Shown piece after piece: positions 11,030-24,262 of a DNA stretch of 64,000 bases. Under the pieces are notes generated by a model, which was not told the DNA's origin, did not search any database, and saw only the letters and a list, made by a program, of their open reading frames with translations. Source of the DNA: the human T2T-CHM13v2.0 reference genome, Homo sapiens. The position numbers and the translations under genes were made by a program. The stretch's first letter is position 1, and every line of letters begins with the position of its first letter. The DNA lies in contig CP086569.2 of NCBI GenBank assembly GCA_009914755.4, positions 4,352,001 to 4,416,000 of the forward strand. Direction: 5' to 3'.

Positions 11030-13400
11030 TAAATGCAATGAGAAGGGAATAGCCTATTAAAAAACATTTAACATATCTACAGCTAACATCTATACCTAAT
11101 GGTAAAAGAATGAATGCTATTGTAATAGCAGGGTCAAGACAAATATCTGCTTTCACTCCTCCTATTAGCATCACACTGGGGATCTTAGCCTGCGAACTGA
11201 GACAAAATAAAGAAAGAATTGACATATAGAGTGCATACTAAGAAACAAAACTGCCTCTATTTTCAGAGGACATGACAGTCAACATACAAAATGTACAAAA
11301 AGTTCTTAGATCTCATAAGTGAACTTAGCAAGGTCTCATAATGCAAAGAAAATATACAGAAATCAATCATATTACTATATTACAGCAATTAAGAGTAGAA
11401 ATCTGAAGTTTTTAAATGACGTCAGTTACAATAGTACTAAATAAAATTAAGTACTTGGGTATAAATTTAACACAATATGTGAAGAATGTCTGCACTGAAA
11501 CTTACAAAACGCTGGTAAAAGAAATCAAATGTCTAAATCAATAGAGATGAAAAAGATATTTCCCTCATTCATAAATTAGAAGGTGCAATATTGTTAACAT
11601 GTCCATCCTTTCTCATTTGCTATATGCACTTAATGATATTCCTATCATAATCCCAGCAAGCTTTTAGTGAGATATCAGAAGCTGATTCTAAAATATATAT
11701 GGCAAAACAAAGGAACTACAATAGCTAAAACAATTCAGAAAAAGAAGAAAAAAGCTAAAGGGCTCCCACTGTCCAATTTCAGGACTTATTATAAAACTTT
11801 AATAATTAAAGCTGTGGTATTGGAAAAAAAGATAACATATACATCAACAGAATAGAAGAGACAGCTGAGAAATAGGCCTATAAGAATACAGTTTATTGCT
11901 TTTTACAGAGATTCACTAATTTAATAAAGAAAGGATTTTTTCAACAAATATTGCAGTATCAACTGTAAATCCATATGAAATTAATAAACTACAGGCATAT
12001 ACCTGATACATTATCCAAAAATTAACTGAAAATATGTCATTTACCATAATGTATAACAAAACTATAAAACTTTTAAAAGGAAACATGAGACAACCTATAT
12101 AATCTTTAGTTTAACAGTAAGACTTAACTAAAAAATACAAAGCGTGATCTACTTTAAAAATGTTAAATTAGACTTTATCAATATTAGAATACTTTGTTCT
12201 GTAAAAGACACTGTAAGGAGAATGAAAAGGTAACACGCACACTAAGAGAAAATATTTGCAGTTAAAATCACATCTCCAATAAAATCTTCCATGTACAATA
12301 TATAAATAACACTCAAAAGTCAACAATAAGGAAAAAAGCAACAAAATTAATAAATTTTAATAAATTTAATAATTTTTTAAGTCTAAAAAGACACTTCCCC
12401 AAAACAGATATGTGAAACCATGTGAAAAAAATACTCAACATCATTAATTATTAGGGGAATGCAAATTAAAACCACAATGTACTACACAAGTATTAAAATG
12501 GCAACAAAACAATCACACACACACCTGACAAGATAAAATTCTAGCAATGATGCAAGTTAACAGCAACTTTAATTAGTTGCTAGATGATATGCAAAATTGT
12601 TCAGCCACCTCTGAAAATGGTTTAGCAATTTTTTACAAATGTATACATACATTTATCATATGATCCAGTAATTCCACTCTTAGATATTAACAAAAAGAAT
12701 TGGAAACTCGTATTTACTAAAAGCTTGTAAACACATGTTTATAGCACTTTCTCTTATAATCACAAAAAGAAGAAGCCAGAAATCCTTCAACAGGTGAATG
12801 GATAAACAAGCTGTAATATATCCATTGAATGTAATAATACTCAGCAAGAAAAATGAACAAACAGTTGATTCAAACGACAGTGTGGCTAAATCTAATATAC
12901 ATTTTGCTAAGCATTGTATTATTCCATTTGAAAAGCATTTGGGTAAAGGCAAAACTATAGGAATGAAAAACAGATCTGTAGTTGCCAAAGATTATGGGAA
13001 GGAAGATTACGTGGCTACAAAGAGGACACACAGGAAAATTTTAGGAAGATGCGCTGTTTTGCATGGTACTTTGGTGGTGGATACATGACTAAGCATTTTT
13101 CAAAACTTATAGAGCTGTACAATCCAAAAGATAAACTTTACCATATGGAAATTGCAAAAAACAAAACAGGATGTCAGGAAACCCAGGAAGGATTGCAGAC
13201 AAGAAAAATGAACCCAGCTGTGTTGTAATTGTATAACATAACTTCACGGAAGGGTTCGAAAAGAAAAATAACAAACCTAAGTAACTTTGACAACCAGTGT
13301 TTTGAGTAGATTAAATAAACAAGGAAGGCAAGAATAAACCCTGTGGGGCATAACTAACTGAGAAATATCAGTGTTTATGTTAATAGAGATACAAATATAT
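11030..13400 (+). mobile_element. Ancient L1 (L1M family), plus strand: ORF2 C-terminal half plus 3' UTR, heavily degenerate
   Basis: 'aaaacgctggtaaaagaaatcaaatgtctaaatcaatagagatgaaaaagatatttccctcattcataaattagaaggtgcaatattgttaacatgtccat' corresponds to L1 ORF2 '...[32 protein letters not shown]...'. 'atactcaacatcattaattattaggggaatgcaaattaaaaccacaatg' corresponds to '...MLNITNHQGNANQNHNE...'. ORF 12798-13088(+) ('MDKQAVIYPLNVIILSKKNEQ...GKGKTIGMKNRSVVAKDYG') matches the L1M ORF2 C-terminal tail. Confidence 0.7.
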
Positions 13401-13496
13401 AAATATAGAGATAACTATAGATGTATATATTTATATATGGGTTAGTGTACATGCACTCATACATATTATTTCTGGCTCAGTACACAGAGGGAGCTT

Positions 13497-13795
13497 AGAA
13501 AGGAAGAAGGAAGGAAGGAGGGAAGGAAGAAAGGAGGGAAGGAAGGAAGTCAAAACGGAAGGGGTGAAGGAAGGATGAAAGGAAGGAAGGAAGGGAAATG
13601 AAGTGAGGAACGGAAGAGGGAGGGAAGGAAGGAAGGAAGTCAAAACAGAAGGAGTGAAGGAAGGATGGAAGGAAGGAAGTAAAGGGGAATGAAGCGAGGA
13701 ATGAAGGAGGGAGGGAAGGAAGGAAGGAAGGTAGGAAGGAAGGAAGGCAGGAAGGAAGGCAGACAGGCAGGGAGGGAGGGAGGGAGGGAGGGAAG
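13497..13795. repeat. GGAA/GGAAG-rich purine microsatellite containing a higher-order unit of about 89 bp repeated twice
   Basis: 'ggaaggaaggagggaaggaagaaaggagggaaggaaggaag...'. The block 13528-13616 ('...ggaaggaaggaagtcaaaacggaaggggtgaaggaaggatgaaaggaaggaaggaagggaaatgaagtgaggaacggaagaggg') recurs at 13617-13705 with a few substitutions. The minus-strand ORFs 13431-13995 are simply its TTCC translation (PSFLPS...). Confidence 0.95.
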
Positions 13796-14712
13796 ACAAA
13801 GGAGCCCATGTGAAAGAGCAGCTCCAATGACCAAATCTGAAATAGTTTGAGAAACAAAATTAATAATGATAGTTTTGGAGTTGTGGAGGGGGCTAAAAGG
13901 TAGATACACATTAGCAGTTCCATACTGATTAATAAATGACCAAATAAATAAATAAACGAGAAAAGAGACATATCTTTAGTCCAGAAGAATTCCATATAAC
14001 ACAGGAATTAAGAGTGATGGGAATAAAAAGTAATCAGTGGAATACTACAGCAGTAATTGTTACAAGCAAGAACCATTAATGACTGCTAAACATTTTGGAA
14101 GCAACTTTAAAAAGAAACAGTATATTTGAATAGACTCAAATTATCTTCCCAAACATACTTACTAATTTCAGTGGTGTTTTTCCTAACAAGTGTCCACAAA
14201 GTATTTGATACTTCTCCCTCCAAAACCTGGGGTTTAATTCTCTTTCCTCTGAGCGTGGGCTGGATTTAGTGACTCATTTCTGAAAACACAGAATGGAACA
14301 GGAGAAGTAGTAACTTTGCAGTGCAGAAGCCTGGAAAATACCACCTTTGTCAAGTGGTCAAGTTTAACATCACCAATAATAAGTAATGCAGATATTATTT
14401 TACCCCAAAATGGTATGATGAGAAGAGTACTTTATCTCTGTGTTATTCCCCCAAAATCTGTTTCCTCGGTATAATCATGAAAAAAGAGCAGAGAAACAAA
14501 AATTGGGAGAAATTCCAAAATACCTGACCAGTAGTCTTCTAAAGTGCTGATGTCATTAGAACAAGGAGATAGTATAACATGATAGAGAGAATACTGTGTC
14601 TGTATTTTAGTGCCCAGTTGTACCAGAGTAATTTCTGAGCACTACATGCATCAGTCTTTGTATATTTTTGCTTGGTATGTGCAACCAGGATTTGAATTTG
14701 GTCTCTTAATTA

Positions 14713-15230
<518 letters not shown>

Positions 15231-17358
15231 AAATACCTACTAGAATTTGGACGGGAGTGAAACAGTGAAATGCCTTGCTTATCCTTTGAAAAATTATATT
15301 TTGGGAAATATATAATTGCTTATTTCTGCATTACTATTGTTTGCAAATGCCTTGTGGGGAGGTGTCTTTTACAAATCAACATTTAATGGCACATACAAAA
15401 TGAAAATATACAAATATTGGGACTTTTAAAATAACTACCTAAGAATTGACACATTGACATTTACTTCAATACTTTACTATCAGATTTATTCAGTTGATAG
15501 CAAGGTGGAACTAGATTTATGAAAGAAAACCAATAGAATATAAAAAAATAGTGAAGAAAACACTCCCCATTGTCCAAACTGTCATTTACTTACGAAAGCT
15601 AAGCCAAATCTCATGCTTAGTAATAAACATACAATGTTACAGAATATTCCATCTCAAAAATCATGGTTTTGAAGGAAATTATGAGAATTAGATAATTAAT
15701 GTTCACCTACTCCACACATAAGTAAAACATTTCCTAATTAAATCCCTGTTAAGAAGATAAGAAACTACCAACAAGGCTAAATTATGACTTTATCATACTA
15801 CAAAGAGTGAGAATTAAGACACAGTTTGTTGAGGAGAATCCAGATACATTTAATATAGGTGTCCAGAGACTTTGTAGCTGTGACATGGGAAGGTTATCCC
15901 AGGGAAATTTTCATAACCCTTAGTTCTCTAAAATGAGTACTCATTTGGCTTCCGATCATTTGCTTAAGCTGCTAGAGGCTGGATTGAATAAAGCTGCCCT
16001 GAGGAAATTATTTGGAAATCTAACAGTTTTCCCAGTATATTTTGTCAGAGGAGAATCTGAGGAAATTTACATATCAACATTGACAATATTCTTGTGAGTG
16101 TCTAACACTCAATTTCGTACCTCTGAGTTAAATCTAAAGAGTTAGGGGCACTATTACTTAATCTGTATCTATGTTTTGGCATCAAGTCTTCAACATGAAA
16201 TAAGCAAGCCAAATTATAGAGTCCTTATGTGATCTCTTCAAAATGATCTTATTTTCCAAAATATGAATGACCTATAGAAAGAAGAGTTTTAGTGCCACTA
16301 AAGAAGAGCATAGGCTTTAGAAGGCGAAATAAAGATGATTTGAAATGTGTTTGTTAACATAGAAGATATTGCTGATATGGTGAAATTATTACACATGGAA
16401 AATTATATGCATAATGAAGCAGATAAAAAATGGAAGTAAATATACATTCAAAGAAATGAAAATGGGCATTTTAGGGAGCCTGAAGCTCTGTAACTGGACA
16501 AAGTAAGACAAATGTAAGTAGAGGAGTCAGTTGTAAAGGACAAATTGTAACATTGTCTACAACAAGCCAAACAAGGAAGTTTAGAAAATAAATAATTCAT
16601 TTAGTCCCCATAATTTATTTTAATTATTTCAAGGTCAGTATATAATGACCACTCAAAATTTACCACCTATCATTTTTACACACTATCCAGTGTTCATCTA
16701 ACTGTCATAATGGATAATTTAGGAGTATGAAATATGGATACTGTTCATTCAGGTATGTATGCTAAGCCAGCTTCTAGAGATTTCTTTATATTTATTGTAT
16801 TTAATTTATATTTTAATATAAATATGCTAAATACCATAAAACATAAACAAAATATATTTTGCTAAGTAGAAGATAAAAAGACCATGAAGATTTTACAAGT
16901 TTTTTCATTGCTGTCTATTTCATTTTTAATACCAATGAGATGAGAAGTAATTGTTTACCATACTTATACTATGGAAGTTGTACTTAGCAAATCAGGAAGT
17001 ACAAAAAAATTTCTAGTAACTCTGTGATCAAATTTTGAACATTTTTATATCAAATCCAAGTAAATTTTTAGCTGTACTCTTGAATAAGTGATTTTACCAG
17101 TGTGTATCCACACTTCTCTAAATACAAAATGAGAGTAATCATATATATCTAATAAGATTTCAGTAAGTTTGTAAAGTGATAATTCATGTTAACGGCTTAA
17201 TGTAATACATGACACATAAGTGGTAAGTGTTAATATCAGGAGCCAATTATAATCTTGAAAGACATAGTCTCAAAAGCCATAATCCTCAAAATTAAAATCC
17301 CAAATTTTATCATCCTGAAATAATTCTGGAAAAAATAATTTAAAATAAATTTACATTT

Positions 17359-20300
17359 TGGAGACTAGGCTGAGCAAGATGGTGAAATAGAAGGCTCTAT
17401 TGATCGTCCCCTCCATAAAAAAAAACACCAATTTAACAACTCTCTACACACAAAAAAAGCACCTGTATAAGAGCCAAAAATCAGGTGAGCACTCACGATA
17501 CCTGGTTTTAACTTCATATCATTGAAAGAGGCACTGAAGACGTAGAAAAACAGTCTTGAATTGCCAATACTACCACTCCCTGATCCACCAGCATTGGAGG
17601 CATGGCACAGAGAACAGTTCTCCGTGCTGGGGGCAGGGGGCTGGGGTGGGGAAGGAGAGTATAGGAGTTGTGAGGCACTTAACTCACTGCTGTCCTGTTG
17701 AAGCAGGAAAGAAAACCAGACCAAACTCAGCTGACATGCACCCATGGAGGGAGCATTTAAACCAGCTCTAGCCAGAGGGGAACTGCAGATCCCAGTGGTC
17801 AGAACTTGAGTTCCTGCATGCCTCACCACCGTGGACTTAAGTGCTCTGGGGCTCTAAAGAAACTTGAAGGTCAGTCTAGGCTGTAACTCCTAGCTGAGTC
17901 CTAGTGCTGAACTGGGCCCAGAACCAGAGGAATGGGAGGGCACAGGAACTACTCATATACCAGCTAGGGAAGCTAAGGGAGTGCTTGGATCTCTCCTCTA
18001 AAGCCAGGTGGCAGAGTTTGTGGCTCCAAAGAGATCCCATCCTTCTGTTTGAGGAGAGGTGAGGAAAGAGTGTGGAGAATTGTATCTTGCATCTTGGATA
18101 CCACCTAAGCAACAGCATGATAGGGCACTGGTCAAAGTTGTGAGGCCTCTTTTCCAGGCCCTAGTTCCTGGACAAACCCTTGGCCAGAGGGAACCCACTG
18201 CCTTCAAGGGAAGGACCCAGGCCTGACAGCATTCATCATCTGCTAAATAAATAGTTCTTGGTCCCTGAATAACCAGCAATGATACCCAGGAACCACATCA
18301 AGGGCCTTGGGTAAGCTTCTGAGACATATTGGCTTCAGGTGAGACTCAGCACATTCCCTGCTGTGGCAGCTAAGGGGTAAGACTCCATCTACTTGATAAA
18401 AGCAAAGGAAAAAGTAAAGGGGCCTTCATCTTGCACCTTAGATACCAGTTGGCCACAAAAGGTAGAGAAGCAAGTGGGCTCCTGAGGTCTCTGATTTCAG
18501 GAATTGATTCTCGGATTGCATTTCCGGACCTATCCTAAGAAAGAAGGGGGCCCACTGGCCTAAAGAGTGAGTCCCAGCCCAGGCAGCATTTACCACAAAC
18601 TGACTGAAGAGCTCTTGGGCTTTAAGAGAACATCAGTGGTAGTCTGGAAGTACTCTCCATTGGCCTGTGGTGGTGAGAGCCATGGGGTAAGGCTCCCCTG
18701 CTTTTGGAAAGTGGACAGAAGAATGAGAAGGATTGCTTCTTGTAATTTGAGTGCCATCTCTGCCTCAATAAAATAGAACACCGGGTAGATTTCTAAGGAT
18801 TTTGACTCTGGTAACTAGATCCAGGACAACACCTCTGGACCTGCTTAGGGCCTAGGAGAACTTGCCACCCTGAAGGGGAAGACACAGGTCTGGGTGACTT
18901 TGCCACCTGCTGATTGTAGAACCCCAGGGCTTTGAGTGAACATAGTCAGTGGCCAGGGATTGGTTAGAACAGGTCATGGGTGAGACCCAGTTCTGTGTTT
19001 CCTTCATGTCTGACCCAGCACAGTCATAGTGGTGGTGGCCACCAGGGGTACTTGTTTCACTTCACCCTCAGCTTTAGTTGGCTCAGAACAGAGAGAGAGC
19101 CCATTTGTTTGAGAGAAAGTAATGGAAGAGAACAAGGGTCTATGCCTGTTAATCTAGAAAATTCTTCCAGATCCAGCCCAAGACTATCAAAGCAGTACCT
19201 CTATGAGTCTGCAAGGACCGTAGAATTATTGGGCTTGGGGTACCACCTAAAGCAGATACAGCTTTGATCACGGTACTCAAATCTTTCCAAATATCTGGAA
19301 AACCTACCCAAGAAGGGCAGAAACAAATAATACCAGACTGTGAGGTCTACAATAAATACCTAACTCTTCAATGCCTAGAAACAGATGAACATCTGCAAGT
19401 ATCAAGACCATCGAGGAAAACATGACATTGCCAAAATGCATTAAGTAAGCCACAGGCTTTGTTTCTCCTGGAGAAACAAAGATATGTGAAATTTCAGACA
19501 GAGAAGCCATGATAAGTGTTTTTAGAAAACAATGAAATTCAGGATAATATAGAGAAGTAATTCAGAATTCTATCAGATGAACTGAAATAATTTTAAAAAA
19601 TCAATCGGAAATTCTGAAGATAAATAATGGAAGTTATACACTAAATAATTCATCAGAGTATTTTAATAGGAGAATTAATCTAGCAGAAGAAAACATAGCA
19701 AGCTTGAAGACAGGCTACTTGAAAATACAGTCAGAGGAGACAAAAGACAAAAAAAAAATGATGCATACCCAGAGAATCTAGAAAATGTCTCAAAAGTGAA
19801 AATCTAAGAGTTATTGGCCTTAAAAGGAGGTAGTGAAAGAGATAGGTAGAAAGTTTATTCAAAAGGATAATAACAGAGAACTCCCTAAACCTAGGGAAAG
19901 ATATCAATATCCAACTACAAGAAGGTTATAGAACACCAAGCAGATTTAATCAAAAGAAGTCTATCTCGATGCATTTAATATTCAAACCCCCAAAGATCAA
20001 GGATTTAAAAACAGGTTCCAAAAACAGCAAGAGAAAAAAAATATTATTCAATGAAGCTCCAACGTCTGGCAGAAGACTTTTCAGTGGAAATCTTACAGGT
20101 GAGGAGAGAGAGACATGACATATTTATAATACTGAAAAAAAAACAAACCTACTACCCTCGAATGGTATATCTGGCTAAAATATTCTTTAAATATGAAAGA
20201 GAAATACTTTACCAAACAAACAAAAGCTGAAGAATTTAATTATCACCAGACCTGTCCTACAAGAAATGATAAAGGGAATACTTCAATGAGATAGAAAAAA

Positions 20301-23207
20301 ATGTTAATTAGCAGTAAATAATTACCTGAAGGTACAAAACTTACTAGTAATGTAAATACACAGAAAAACCCACAATATTATAACAGTGGTGTGTAAACTA
20401 CTTTTATCCTAAGTAGAAAGACTAAACAATAAACCAATCAAAACTAATAACTAGAAAAACTTTGAAACCATAAAGAGTACAATAAGATATAAATAGAAAC
20501 AACAAAAAGTTAAAAAGTGGGGGAATAAAGTTAAATCATAGAGTTTTTACTACTTTTCATTTTTTGTTTGTTTATTGTTTATGTGACAGTTTGCTATTTT
20601 AGCCTAAAATAATAGTATTTGCAAGCCTCATATAACCTCGACCCAAATAATCTATAACAAATACACAACCATTAAAAAAAGGAAGATAACCATATCACCA
20701 GAGAAAATTACCTTCAGTAAAAGGAAGATAGGAATAAAAGAAAGAAAGAAGAGAAGAACACACAAAAAAAAACAGAAAACAAATTATAAAATGTTAAGAA
20801 TAAGTCCTTACTCATCAAAAATAACATTGAAAATAAATGGACTACATTTTTCCAATCAAAAAATTAAATGGATAAAAACACATAGTGGCTAAATGGATTA
20901 ATATGCAAGACCCAATGGTCTGTTGTCTAAAAGAAACTCACTTCACTTATAAAGACACACATGACTGAAAATAAAGAGATGAAAAATGATATTTCATGAT
21001 AACGAAAAACAAAATAGATCAGGAGTAGCTATATTTACATCAGTCAAAATAGATTTCAAGACAAAAACTTTAAGAGACAAAGAAGCTATAAAACTATAAA
21101 ATGATAAGGAGTAAGTAGAACTGATCAACAAACTCAGTAAAGTTGCAGGATACAAAATAAACATATAAAAATCAGTAACATTTCTATATGCCAACAGTGA
21201 ACAATCTGAAAAAGCAATTTGAAAAGGAATCCCATTTACCATAGCCAAAAGAAAACTAAATAGTTAGAAATTAACTTAACCTCAGAAGCTAAATATTTCT
21301 ATAATGAAAATTAAAAAACAGTGATTAAAGAAGTTGAAGGGGACACACACACAAAATGCAGAGATTGTCTATGTTAATGGATTGGAAGAATCAATATTGT
21401 TAAAATGTTCCAAGGCAATCTTGAGGTTCAGTGCAATCCCTATCAAAACATGAATGACATTCTTCATAGAAATAGAAAAAAAAAACACCCTAAAATTTAT
21501 ATAAAACCACAAAAGACCCAGAATATACAAAGCTATCCAAAGCAAAAAGAACAAAACTGGAAGAATCACATTACCTAACTTCAAATTATACTACAGAGTT
21601 ATAGTAACCAAAATAATATGGTACTGGTATAAAAAAAGACCCACAGAGTACTTGGATAGAATTGAGAACTCAGAAATAAATCCATATCCCTACACTGAAC
21701 TCATTTTCAACACAAGTGTCAAGAACATACACTGTGGAAAAAGCAGTCTCTTGTATAAATGATGTGGGGAAAATTGAATATCCATATGCAGAACGATGAA
21801 ACTAGAACCCTTTATCTCACCATATATAAAAATCAAATCAAAATGGATTAAAGACTTAAATATAAGACCTCTAACCATGAAAGTGCTACAAGAAAATAGC
21901 GGGGAAAATCTCCAAGTAATTGGTCTGGGAAAAAATTGCTGAGTAATATCCCACAAGCACAGGCCACCAAAGCAAAAATTGACAAATGGGATCGCATCTA
22001 GTTAAAAAAAATCTGCACAGCAAAAGAAACCATCAACAAAGTAAAGAGACCACCTACTGAATGGGAGAAAATATTTCTAAACTACTGATCTGACAAGGAT
22101 TTAGTCCCCAGAATATATAAGGAGTTCAAAAAACTCTATAGGAAAAAATCTAATAATCCCATCGAAAATGGGGAAAAGATCTGAACAGACATTTCTGAAA
22201 AGAAGACATACAAATGGCAAATGGAGATATGAAAAGTGCTCAATATCATTGATCATTAGAGAAATACAAATCAAAACTACAATGAGATGTCATCTCATCC
22301 CAGTTAAAATGGCTTATAACCAAGGCAGGCAATAAGAAATTCTGACAATCATGTGGAGAAAAGGGGACCCTTGTACCTTGTTTGTAGGAATGTAAATTAG
22401 TACAACCACTATAGAGAACAGTTTGAAGGTTCTTCAGAAAACTAAAAATAGAGCTACCATATGATCCAGCCAACCCGCTGCTGGGTATATACTCTCCAAA
22501 AAAGGAAATCAGTATATTGAAGAGATACCTGCACTCCCATGTTTGTTGCAGGATTGTTCAGAATAGCCAAGATTTAACAACAACCTAAGTGTCCATCAAC
22601 AGATGAATAGATAAAGGAAAATTTGATACTTATACAGAATGGAGTACTATTCAGCCATAAAGAGGAATGAGATCCAGTCAATTTCAACATGTATGGACCT
22701 GGAGGTCATTATGCTAAGTGAAATAAGCCATGCACAGAAAGACAAACATCACATGTTCTCACTTATTTGTGGGATCTAAAAATAAAAACAATTGAATTCA
22801 TGGAGACAGAGAGAAGAAAGACAGTTACCAGAGGCTGGGAAGCATTGTGGTGTGGTAGCGGTGAGGTGGAGATGGTTAATAGGTTCAAATAAATAGAAAG
22901 AATAAGACCTATTATTTGATAGCACAACCGGGTAAATATAGTCAATAGTAATTTAACTGTACATTTTAAAGTAATTTAAAGAGTATAGTTGGATTGTTTG
23001 TAACAGAAAGGATAAATGCTTTAAGGAATGAATACCCCATTCTCCATGATGTGATTATTATGCACTGCCTGCCTGTATCAAAACATCTCATGTATCCCAT
23101 AAATATATACATCTACCATGTACCCGCACAATTAAAATGAAAAGCTTTTAACAAGTTAAAAAAATAAAATAACAGGTATTAAAAAATAAAATAACAGGTA
23201 TGAAAAT
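17359..23207 (+). mobile_element. Near full-length older primate LINE-1 (L1PB/L1MA-like), plus strand: 5' UTR, ORF1, ORF2 (both degenerate) and 3' UTR
   Basis: The 5' end 'ggagactaggctgagcaagatggtgaaatagaaggctct' resembles L1 5' UTR starts ('ggaggagccaagatggccgaataggaacagctcc'). The ORF2 N-terminus is encoded by '...ctaaatggattaatatgcaagacccaatggtctgttgtctaaaagaaactcacttcacttataaagacacacatgactgaaaataaagag' (ETHL..KDTHRLK). The RT/C-terminal region shows 'ggattggaagaatcaatattgttaaaatg' (GRINIVKM), 'caaaagaaaccatcaacaaagtaaagagaccacctactgaatgggagaaaatattt', 'gagaaatacaaatcaaaactacaatgagatg' and 'tggagaaaaggggacccttgtaccttgtttgtaggaatgtaaattagtacaaccactatagag'. The 3' end is 'catgtacccgcacaattaaaatgaaaagc', with the 19-mer 'aaaataaaataacaggtat' duplicated at the terminus. 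Candidate TSDs are 'aaatttacatttt' at 17346-17358 and 'aaaattacatttt' at 23209-23221. Confidence 0.88.
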
Positions 23208-24092
23208 TACATTTTAAAGGGATGTTTATTTGAGAAATCTAAAAACACAGCAGAAGAGTTCCCAGGCCACTTTATGTGATACAATAGGCAATAATAACAT
23301 ATATATTTTTTTGCGAGCATAAGCACTGCAGTATACTCATGACAGTCACATAAGTAAACCAGTTATAAGCAGATGAGGTGTATTCATATAGAAATAGGTC
23401 AAAAAGAGAAATATATAATTGCATATAACTGTGGTGGGTAATTGTGCGAGCTCAGCTGTATAACTGCAGTCACTTGAAATACTGTGGTGAACAACCTAAG
23501 ACTTTTGACAAGATTGATCAAAAATCGCAATGGGTCACCACCTCATGTGCAGTCATTCATAGAGCTGAGATCTCGAGAAGTTTTACCTTTCACAAATGCA
23601 CATGTACAAAAGGACATCTCTTCATTTATTGAGGAAGTTTCAACATTTTACATACACAATGCTTACCCACAAAGTCAAAGTTGTGATAATGCACTGTTGT
23701 GGAGTCAAATTTCTGACAGGCAACGTAGCAAAGCCTCTCCCTGTTCTCAGAGAGAGACCAAATCGCCTTCTGTATTTTCTCTCCCCTGATTGAATGGTGC
23801 CCACCAACACTAACAGCAGATCTTTCCTATATAGTCCACTCAGACTCACTCATGAATCTCCTCTGCAAACACCCTCACAGACACACTCAAAGTAATACTT
23901 TACCAATTTTCTACGTATTCCTTAATCCAGCCAAGTTGACATCTAACATTAAGTACGTAAGTCCACTCGTGTCAACTTTTCACCCATATTCATCTCCTTA
24001 AACCATAATTTTCAAATAAAGACAATAACACTTCACATGATACAACTAACATGTTTCAATTATCTTGTATACAACTAAAAACATACTAATCT

Positions 24093-24262
24093 TTTACTCA
24101 GAATTCTGTTTTCAGAATTTTAACATTCAGGATTTTAATTTTGGGGGAATGCAATTTTCAGGATTTTAGACATTAGATATTTTAGGCTGAAAGAATTCTG
24201 ACTTTAGGGATTTTGATATTTTAGGATTTCAGCTTCCTAATTATGCTGTTTCAGGATTATGA
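24093..24262. repeat. Degenerate tandem repeat, period about 25-30 bp, core 'tt(t/c)aggatttt'
   Basis: 'tttcagaattttaacattcaggattttaattttgggggaatgcaattttcaggattttagacattagatattttaggctgaaagaattctgactttagggattttgatattttaggatttcagcttcctaattatgctgtttcaggattatgac'. Confidence 0.6.

Noticed and set aside
13497-13795. Possible CRISPR-like repeat-spacer array
   Set aside because: The sequence is a eukaryotic purine microsatellite with a higher-order unit. It has no constant-length repeats separated by unique spacers, and the genomic context is primate.
13431-13995. Long minus-strand ORFs (122-166 aa) encoding proline/serine/leucine-rich 'PSFLPS' low-complexity protein
   Set aside because: They are translations of the (TTCC)n/(GGAA)n microsatellite at 13497-13795 and have no start context, no domain and no constraint. 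It is a repeat artefact, not a gene.
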